From the NCBI RefSeq assembly GCF_006345805.1, contig NW_021825013.1, forward strand, positions 1-17,026: a DNA stretch of 17,026 nucleotides. Reading direction: 5' to 3'. Made by a program: the position numbers and the translations under genes. This document shows positions 8,221-17,026 of the stretch, in pieces. Source of the DNA: Octopus sinensis. Its lineage: Eukaryota. A model generated the notes under the pieces. The model was not told the origin of the DNA. It made no database searches and saw nothing but the letters and a program-made list of their open reading frames with translations. The first letter of the stretch is position 1, and the number at the start of each line of letters is the position of its first letter.

Positions 8221-9367
8221 CAGTGGTTTTCAACCAGGGTTCCGCGGAACCTTAGGGTTCCGCCAGTACAGTCCAGGGGTTCCGCAAGAAGTTACAAAAC
8301 TGCTAAAATCGACAGTAATTTTTAATTCTCCTGTGCAGATATGTGTGCATAAGACTATCAAATTTTTGCACAGGGGTTCCTCAAGCCAGTGGAATGTTTC
8401 TTTGGGGTACCGCTCCAGCAAAAAGATTGAAAAGCACTTGTCTAACTAGTGTCTAACTGACTGTGTCTAACTCAGTGGTTTTCAACCAGGGTTCCGCCAG
8501 CACAGTCCAGGGGTTCCACAAGAAGTTACAAAACTGCTAAAATCGGCAGTAATTTTTAATTCTCCTGTGCAGATATGTGTGCATAAGACTATTAAATTAT
8601 TGCACAGGGGTTCCTCGAGCCAGTGGAATGTTTCTTTGGGGTTCCGCTCCAGCAAAAAGATTGAAAAGCACTGGTCTAACTAGTGTCTAACTGACTGTGT
8701 CTAACTCAGTGGTTTTCAACCAGGGTTCCGCCAGCACAGTCCAGGGGTTCCACAAGAAGTTACAAAACTGCTAAATGCGGCAGTAATTTTAAATTCTCCT
8801 GTGCAGATATGTGTGCATAAGACTATTAAATTATTGCACAGGGGTTCCTCGAGCCAGTGGAATGTTTCTTTGGGGTTCCGCTCCAGCAAAAAGATTGAAA
8901 AGCACTGGTCTAATAGTGTCTAACTGACTGTGTCTAATCAGTGGTTTTCAACCAGGGTCCGCCAGCACAGTCCAGGGGTTCCACAAGAAGTTACAAAACT
9001 GCTAAATGTGGCAGTAATTTTAAATTCTCCTGTGCAGATATGTGTGATAAGACTATTAAATTATTGCACAGGGGTTCTCGAGCCAGTGGAATGTTTCTTT
9101 GGGGTTCCGCTCCAGCAAAAAGATTGAAAAGCACTGGTCTAACTAGGTCTAACTGACTGTGTCTAACTCAGTGGTTTTCAACCAGGGTTCCGCCAGCACA
9201 GTCCAGGGGTTCCACAAGAAGTTACAAAACTGCTAAATGCGGCAGTAATTAAATTCTCCTGTGCAGATATGTGTGCATAAGACTATTAAATTATTGCACA
9301 GGGGTTCCTCGAGCCAGTGGAATGTTTCCTTGGGGTTCCGCTCCAGCAAAAAGTTGGAAAAGCACTG
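8221..9367. mobile_element. Tandem array of five hAT (Charlie-like) MITE copies: 8221-8439, 8473-8673, 8707-8907, 8939-9136, 9169-9367
   Basis: Each unit starts CAGTGGTTTTCAACC and ends (GATT/TTG)GAAAAGCACT(G/T), whose reverse complement is CAGTGCTTTTCAATC. Subterminal GGGTTCC motifs; period about 234 bp; identical 8-mer CAGTAGAC at 8213-8220 and 9368-9375. Confidence 0.9.
8440..8472. repeat. Inter-MITE spacer GTCTAACT-AGT-GTCTAACT-GACTGT-GTCTAACT (recurs at 8674-8706, 8908-8938, 9137-9168)
   Basis: Direct reading; later copies have 1-2 single-base deletions. Confidence 0.9.
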
Positions 9368-9454
9368 CAGTAGACACATAAGACCATCAAATTTCCAACT
9401 CCGACAATAATGAAGGCGAGGATAACACAGAAAGTACAACCAGAACACAAACAT

Positions 9455-10230
9455 GCATGTGCACACACACATACATACACACACACATATACACACACAC
9501 AACACACACACACACAACGCACACACACACAACACAGCCAACACACACACACAAACACACATACACACACACACAAACATACACACACAACACAGCCAAC
9601 ACACACACACATACACACACACATACATACACATACATACATACACACATACACATACACACAACACACACACAACGCACACACACACAACACACACATA
9701 CACACACACATACACATACACACATACACACACACACAACACAGCCAACACACACACACATACACACACACATACATACACACACATACATACACACATA
9801 CACATACACACAACACACACACAACGCACACACACACAACACACACATACACACACACAGACAATACACACATACACACACACACAACACAGCCAACACA
9901 CACACACATACACCACAACATACATAACACCCACAATACAATCATATACACATACACACAACACACACACAACGCGCACACACACACAACACACACATAC
10001 ACACACACATACACATACACACACACATACACACACACATACATACACACACAACACAGCCAACACACACACACAGCCAACACACACACACAGCCAACAC
10101 ACACACACATACACACACACACAACACAGCCAACACACACACACAGCCAACACACACACACAAACACACATACACACACACATACATACACACATACATA
10201 CACACACACACATACACACACACACACACA
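9455..10230. repeat. (CA)n compound microsatellite with ~150-bp higher-order period
   Basis: Rare CG anchors (caacgc) at 9518, 9676, 9825, 9973; recurrent cacagccaacac. Confidence 0.88.
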
Positions 10231-10454
10231 CTGCTCCTCTTGTGCCTGCTCACGTAATGTTGATGAAACTCCAAATACCTTCAGAATGAAACCCAGCACC
10301 AATTCTGCAAGTGGTAGGAACCAATTTCATCATCTCCGCCGCCGATGCCACCACATCCACATCCACATCCACAGTGATGACGATGACGATAACCACACCA
10401 AAAAAATACAAGCACCTCATATAACAGTATCACAGACATACTACTTCCACCTGC

Positions 10455-11590
10455 ACCACAACCACTACCACCTTTACCGCCACCACCACCACCATCACCA
10501 TCACCATCATCACTTCCACCGCCACCGCCATCACCGCAACCACCACCACCACCATCATCATCATCACCACCACCAAAACCATCATCATCGTCACTCTCAC
10601 TACTGTAACCACCACCACCATCACCACCACCACCACCATCACACCACCAAAACCATCATCATCTCTCTCACCACCATCACCTCCACCACCACCACCATCA
10701 TCATCATCATCGTCACTCTCACTACCGTCACTTCCACCGCCACGACCACCACCATCATCACCAACCACCACAACCACCACAACCACCACCAAAACCATCA
10801 TCGCTCTCACCACCATCACCTTCATCACCACTGCCACCACCACCACCAAAACCATCATCATCGCTCTCACCACCATCACCTCCACCACCACCTTCATTAC
10901 CACTACCACCAAAACCATCATCATCGCTCTCACCACCATCACCTCCACCACCACCTTCATTACCACTACCACCAAAACCATTATCATCGCTCTCACCACC
11001 ATCACCTCCACCACCACCTTCATCACCACTACCACCTCCACCATCATCATCATTCTCACCACCATCACCTCCACCATCACCTTCATCACCACTACCACCT
11101 CCACCATCATCATCACTCTCACCACCATCACCTCCACCACCACCTTCATCACCACTACCACCTCCACCATCATCATCACTCTCACCACCATCACCTCCAC
11201 CACCACCTTCATCACCACTACCACCTCCACCATCATCATCACTCTCACCACCATCACCTCCACCACCACCTTCATCACCACTACCACCTCCACCATCATC
11301 ATCGCTCTCACCACCATCACCTCCACCACCACCTTCATCACCACTACCACCTCCACCATCATCATCACTCTCACCACCATCACCTCCACCACCACCACTC
11401 ATCACCACTACCACCTCCACCATCATCATCGCTCTACCACCATCACCTCCACCACCACCTCATCACCACTACCACCTCCACCATCATCTCGCTCTCACCA
11501 CCATCACCTCCACCACCACCTTCATCACCACTACCACCTCCACCATCATCATCACTCTCACCACCATCCTCACTGCTACCACCACCACCA
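10455..11590. repeat. (CAC/CAT)n tract containing a 63-bp minisatellite (about 10790-11560)
   Basis: tctcacc recurs at 11054, 11117, 11180 (63 bp); ctctcacc at 10864 and 10927; one 60-bp unit at 10804-10863. Confidence 0.92.
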
Positions 11591-11674
11591 CCCACAGACA
11601 TTTCACATTTCAACAGATTCTCTTCTGCCGAAATCTAAGAATTCTTCTCCAGACTTTTTGTGGTTTCTTCTCTC

Positions 11675-11930
11675 ATGTCATTCCTTCTTTTTCTTCTTCT
11701 TCCAATTCTTCTTCTTCTTCTTCTTCTTCTTCTTCCAATTCTTCTTCTTCTTCTTCTTCAATTCTTCTTCTTCTTCTCCTCCTCCTCTTCTTCATCTCCT
11801 CCTCTTCTTCTTCTCTTCTTCTTCTCCTCCTCCTTTTCTTCTTCTTCTTCTCCTTCTCCCCCTCCTCCTCCTTCTTCTTCTTCTTCTCCTCCTCCTCCTC
11901 CTCTTCTTTTCTTCCTTCCTTCCTTCTTTC
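11675..11930. repeat. (CTT/CCT)n polypyrimidine tract
   Basis: Direct reading. Confidence 0.9.
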
Positions 11931-12007
11931 TGATTCCGCAGACATTACAAGAAGAGAAACTTTAGAATCTTCCTTCTTTCTTTTCTCCTTATTTTTTTTT
12001 TGTTGGT

Positions 12008-12032
12008 GGGGGGGGGGGGGGGGGGGGGGGGG
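12008..12032 (+). repeat. Poly-G run (about 25 nt)
   Basis: Direct reading. Confidence 0.85.
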
Positions 12033-12173
12033 TTTTGGTTTTCGGATCAGCTGAGTGTATATATGTAGACTGTGTGTTGATGCGTGTTTGTCTGTTTTTA
12101 TATCCGTATCTCTCTCCCTCTCCCATTACATCTGTATACACACTTTTGTATATGTGTGTGCATATGGGTGTCT

Positions 12174-12576
12174 GTAGGAGTGGCTGTGTGGTAAGTAGCT
12201 TGCTTACCAACCACATGGTTCCGAGTTCAGTCCCACTGCGTGGCACTTGGGCAAGTGTCTTCTACTATAGCCTTGGGCCGACCAAAGCCTTCTGAGTGGA
12301 TTTGGTAGACGGAAACTGTAGGAAGCCCGTCGTATATATGTATGTGTGTGTGTATATGTTTGTGTGTCTGTGGTTGTCCCCCCCAACATCGCTTAACAAC
12401 CGATGCTGGTGTGTTTACGTCCCCCGTCACTTAGTGGTTTGGCAAAAGAAAGAAACTGATAGAATAAATACTAGGCTTACAAAGAATAAGTCCTGGGGTC
12501 GATTTGCTCAACTAAAGGCGGTGCTCCAGCATGGCCGCAGTCAAATGACTGAAACAAGTAAAGTTAAAAGAGTAAA
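12174..12576 (+). mobile_element. Full-length family-1 SINE, sense copy
   Basis: gtaggagtggctgtgtggtaagtagcttgcttacc...gactgaaacaagtaaagttaaaagagtaaa; collinear with 3254-3652. Confidence 0.92.
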
Positions 12577-12690
12577 TCTCATCAGTATTGTTAAGAATGG
12601 AGAAACTTGAGAAAAAATAGAATTTTCCTTTTTAAGTTCTTTGTATTATGGTTTCTTTCTTCCCTGCACTGAAGCGCACGTTGATAGTTA

Positions 12691-13202
12691 CTGTAAATCC
12701 TGAAGTATAGTCCACCCTTGAGTATAATACGCAGGGGAGATTTAGGGGTCTGTACCTCTGAAAAACCTAAACCTTGTGTATAATATGCACCCCTTCCCTA
12801 ACTTGAGTCAAGGAGGTCTATATAACATCCTTGGTTTGTAAAAATGTATAGGGTAATGTCCTTTATTATTATTGTACATATAACAATGCAAACATGTAGC
12901 TTTTTTGTGCATTTTGTTTGCAGAAAATAAAGAAATAACAGTAAAAACTTTTTATAAATGTTGCTTACAGCAAGTTATGGATGATTCTTTTATGACTTCA
13001 TTGCTTTCAGGCTTAGCTTAAGATATTTTCGCGACCGACATCACAAAATGCGTCTGAATAAACATTGTTGGACAGCAAATAGAGACTCGGATATTGCTTA
13101 GAAAATATTTTTTTATTTTTAACCTCGTATATAGTACGCACTAGGGATTTTGATCTTTAAATTTTGGGGAAAAAAATGCGGATTATACTCAAGGATTTAC
13201 GG
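12691..13202. mobile_element. Tc1/mariner-superfamily (pogo/Tc2-like) MITE, 512 bp
   Basis: 25-bp TIRs: CTGTAAATCCTGAAGTATAGTCCAC vs reverse complement of 13178-13202 CCGTAAATCCTTGAGTATAATCCGC (20/25). TA on both sides (12689-90, 13203-04); internal gtataatacgca-like repeats; no transposase ORF. Confidence 0.82.
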
Positions 13203-13374
13203 TAATTAATTTAATTCAATCATGAAATTTATATTATCGTTGTTATGTCTTTGTACGAAATAATCATCTGCAAGAATTAAACTTCTTATAAATTTGAACA
13301 ACTTGTTTCCTCCATTCTTAACAAAGTTGTTGGAATTTATGGAACTTTATTCTGTTAGTTCATCAATCATTATA

Positions 13375-14035
13375 TACATGAAGGCTGAGGGTGTCTTGGC
13401 ATCACTCACCAAGTCCTTTGTGAGCCACTCTCCAGCTATCTACCTGCGACCTCAACTGGAATTTGCATCACCGGTCTGGAACCCCTACCTTGCCCAGGAT
13501 ATTAATCGTCTGGAAGCCGTTCAGCGAAGTGCAATCAAGAGAATACCCTCCATCAGGCATTTGCCATATTCTGAATGCCTTACTTCCCTGGGCATGGATA
13601 CATTGAAACTCCAACATCTGGCAGCTGACTTGGCAGACGCCTATAAAATTATTAACCATCTTACAAACAATAACTCTGAGCACCTTTTCAAACTCCACCT
13701 ATCTAACACCCGTGGACATGTTTACAAAGTCAGAAAACAGCACAGCTCCCATGACTTTCAGAAACATTTTTTCCGCTAAAGTTGCTGAAGCATGGAACAA
13801 ACTGCCGGCATCAGTTGTTAGTTATCGGAGCACTGCATCCTTCAAAACTTCCATGCTTCCTGAGATTCGCCAACACTACACCTGATTTTCTCCCCTCCAT
13901 ACACGTGCAAGCATGTATTTGACTCATACATTGTTCGCTTTCCAGACATTTGTACATTACTGCATATGCTTTATACGCACTTTTGACAAGTTGTGGTGCA
14001 CCTGAGCACTGTATACAATAATTTCTTTATATATT
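13375..14035 (+). mobile_element. 5'-truncated, decayed CR1-group LINE (ORF2 C-terminus plus 3' UTR)
   Basis: KAEGVLASLTKSF...LRPQLEFASPVWNPYLAQDINRLEAVQRSAIK...PYSECLTSLG...DLADAYKII...TRGHVYKV...HFF, then a frameshift near 13775 to AKVAEAWNKLPASVV...TGA (13885). Matches the RPxLEY..VW.P / LE.VQR / TRGH / FF..RV...WN.LP signature of CR1/L2-type ORF2 ends. Confidence 0.88.
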
Positions 14036-14399
14036 ATATAAGTACTACTTTCGTATCTTCGCAAATTTACACCTGTAAACTTCCAGCAAAGTATGACGAA
14101 TCAACATTAGAAATCTTTGGTGGAAACTTCCAATTAAAGGATGAATCCTCATACAACCTTTATGCACCTATATTACATATATGCACATATATATATGTGT
14201 GTGTGTGTGTGTGTATGTATGAGAGAGTTGAAGGGCAAAATCTGAACTCAGAACATTAGGTTCTGGAACTGAATATGGTCAGATTTTGTTGTATATGTGT
14301 TGCACTGCCGATTCTTTTGAATGCATCTCACCGCAGTTTGAACTCTGTAGGTCTGCATGCTATCTCAAACTTACTACAACCGCTGCTGTCACTACTAGA

Positions 14400-14784
14400 A
14401 CTGATGGTGCAGATGATGATGGTGATGATGATGATGATGATGATCATGATGATGGTGGTGGTGGTAATGATGATGATGATGATAATGATCCTCATGATGA
14501 GGATAATGATGACAATAGTTATGATGATGATGACGAGGAGGAGGAGGAGGATGATAGTGATGTACTCTAGTGGTGATCATGGTGATGAAGAAGACGATGA
14601 TTCTGGTGTTGATGATGATGGTGATGGTGTTGATGACGACGACAACGACGATAGCAATGAGTAGTTATGATGATGATGATGGTGATGATGGTGATGATGA
14701 GGATGACGTCTATGATTGCGCTATTTTATTTTATTTTTTTTTTGTGTGTTTTTTTTTTTAAAAATTTCTGCTGTTTCTTTATCA

Positions 14785-14852
<68 letters not shown>

Positions 14853-14860
14853 GTTATTAT
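14400..14860. repeat. (GAT)n degenerate tract (14400-14706) and (ATT)n microsatellite (14781-14860)
   Basis: Direct reading. Confidence 0.88.
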
Positions 14861-14962
14861 TTAAAATAATTTGTGTTTCTATTTGAAAAATTTCAACAAT
14901 TGCTTAATTGGCCTTTATCCAAAATTTGAGTTTGAATAATTTTGAGAGGCGCTAACTGATGC

Positions 14963-15139
14963 CCACACACACACACACACACACACACAACACACACACA
15001 CACATGTGTAAACACATACATACGTACATCACGCATGCACTTATACATACATACACATATATATATGTATATATCGATAAAGAACTGTAACACTTTATAG
15101 ATTTATCATTAGATTTATCATTATTAACTTAAACGGCGA

Positions 15140-15197
<58 letters not shown>

Positions 15198-15207
15198 ATA
15201 TATGTGC

Positions 15208-15247
<40 letters not shown>

Positions 15248-15483
15248 ATGTATATTGAATGTATATGCATGTATATATATATTGTATGTGTGTGTGTATA
15301 TATTTTTATAGACATGTATGTGTATGTATATAGATATGCATATGAATACTTACATACACATACACACACACATATAAATACATACATACATGTGTAAATA
15401 CATATATGCATATATATGAATATATATATGTACATTATGCATGCATATATATATGTGTGCGTATGTATACATATACACACATT

Positions 15484-15514
<31 letters not shown>

Positions 15515-15536
15515 CACACATATGTATATATGTATG

Positions 15537-15592
<56 letters not shown>

Positions 15593-15691
15593 AATATATA
15601 TATATGCATACATATATACATACATATATATGTATGTATGTATATATATATAATATATATATATATTATATATACACACACACACACACAT
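14963..15691. repeat. (CA)n and long (TA)n/(TG)n compound microsatellites
   Basis: Direct reading. Confidence 0.9.
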
Positions 15692-15794
15692 ACAAAATAT
15701 TCCAGTTTACTTTGATAATCAACCAACTACGGTTTCCTGCAATGGCAGCTAATTTTCTTTCTACTTCAAATGTTTTCAAATCTCTTCGCTTCCT

Positions 15795-16290
15795 TCTCAC
15801 TCTCCCCATCTCTCTGTCTGTCTGTCTGTCTCTGTCTCTCTCTCTTTTCTCTCTTCATATCGACCCCTTCCTGCTTCTCTCTCCCTTGCCTTCTCTCTCT
15901 GTTTCTATCGCTCTCTCTCTCTCTCTCACTTTTCATCTTTGCTTTGCTTTCAGTTTCACTTTCACCCTCTCCTCTCTCTTTCTCTCTCTATCTTCAAAAC
16001 TTTTTGCTGTATTATTGCTTGAACTTCACCAAAAGACACAGATATATGTACTTATGCATATATGAATGTGATTTTACATAAAGAGAGAGAGAGAGAGTGG
16101 GGAGAGAGATTATGGGAACAAGCATATACATACATACATATAATATAGATAGGCAGACAGACAGATATGCCTAGATTGATGGATGTATGGATGGATAGAT
16201 GGATAGATAGATAGATAGATGAAAAGATAGTTAGACAGAGAGACAGATAGATAGATATGGGTAGATGGATGTATGGACGGGTGGATGGAT
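15795..16290. repeat. (CT)n tract followed by (GA)n/(GATA)n/(GGAT)n tract
   Basis: Direct reading. Confidence 0.8.
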
Positions 16291-16324
16291 GGATAGATAA
16301 ATTTTTATCAGTTTTTCTATCCAC

Positions 16325-16515
16325 TTTACTATCTATCTCTCTATCTATCTGTCTGTTTGTCTGTCTATCTATCTGTCTGTCTATCTATCTATCTATCTAT
16401 CTATGTGTTTGTCTGTCTTTCTCTTTCTGACCATCTCTCTCTTTCTCTCCCTCTCTCTCTCTCTCTCTCTCTTTCTCTATCTATCTATCTATCTATCTAT
16501 CTATCCACCAGTCTG

Positions 16516-16553
<38 letters not shown>

Positions 16554-16563
16554 CACCAGTCTG

Positions 16564-16613
<50 letters not shown>

Positions 16614-16686
16614 CACCAGTCTGTCTATCTATCTATCTTATCTATCTATCTATCTATCTATCTATCCACCAGTCTGTCTATCTATC

Positions 16687-16731
<45 letters not shown>

Positions 16732-16741
16732 CACCAGTCTG

Positions 16742-16827
<86 letters not shown>

Positions 16828-16870
16828 CACCAGTCTGTCTATCTATCTATCTATCTATCCATCTATCTTT
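16325..16870. repeat. (CTAT)n array punctuated by six copies of CCACCAGTCTGT
   Basis: Anchor at 16505, 16553, 16613, 16666, 16731, 16827. Confidence 0.9.
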
Positions 16871-17026
16871 CTGTTTCTATATCCATTTATGATTCTGTCT
16901 TTTTCTGTCTCTCTCCTTCTCTCTCTCTCTTTCTCCCCCCTTCTCACTCTCTTTTTCACTGCCACTCTCTCTCTCTTTCTTACCATTCCTGTCTCTTCAA
17001 GACTCTTTTATGTAACTTTCTCTGCA

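Noticed and set aside
8221-9367. CRISPR-like repeat/spacer array
   Set aside because: The long segments are near-identical to each other rather than unique spacers, have TIRs and a TSD, and the context is eukaryotic with no cas genes.
9383-9455. Protein-like DHQISNSDNNEGEDNTES as the next NFI exon (phase 1 fits)
   Set aside because: No polypyrimidine tract (upstream is MITE end/TSD), no convincing donor, and it runs into (CA)n.
11610-11660. tttcaacag acceptor giving DSLLPKSKNSSPD
   Set aside because: Only a weak donor follows and there is no NFI similarity; it sits between two simple repeats.
13294-13779. 161-aa ORF as a host gene or active retrotransposon
   Set aside because: Truncated CR1-like ORF2 end with an internal deletion and a frameshift; no RT core or endonuclease.
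14087-14175. Open phase-1 frame AKYDESTLEIFGGNFQLKDESSYNLYAP after ttccag
   Set aside because: Weak pyrimidine tract, no donor before the microsatellite, and no recognisable post-DBD NFI motif (SGVF..EL-like). Cannot be supported without RNA data.
14275-14761. Asp-, Met- or His-rich ORFs
   Set aside because: Translations of (GAT)n; no splice signals or unique coding content.

Overview
Eukaryotic genomic DNA, very probably from an octopus (inferred from extreme microsatellite density, the tRNA-derived SINE families and a protostome-type NFI sequence). The window is almost all intron of a Nuclear Factor I gene on the + strand. One clear coding exon (6841-7216, 376 nt, phase 0 to phase 1) encodes the C-terminal 125 codons of the NFI DNA-binding/dimerisation domain. 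The rest is SINEs (at least 3 families, both orientations), a Helentron-type non-autonomous element, a Tc1/mariner-type MITE, a decayed CR1-like LINE 3' end and many simple or higher-order repeats. Nearly all ORFs in the track are microsatellite or SINE artefacts. The most unusual structure is at 8221-9367: five head-to-tail hAT (Charlie-like) MITE copies joined by a 31-33 bp spacer made of three GTCTAACT 8-mers, with the whole array flanked by a different perfect 8-bp duplication (CAGTAGAC). This suggests a multimer that moved as one unit and is turning into a satellite. Coordinates were counted by hand; repeat boundaries are approximate and family names come from recalled patterns, not database searches.
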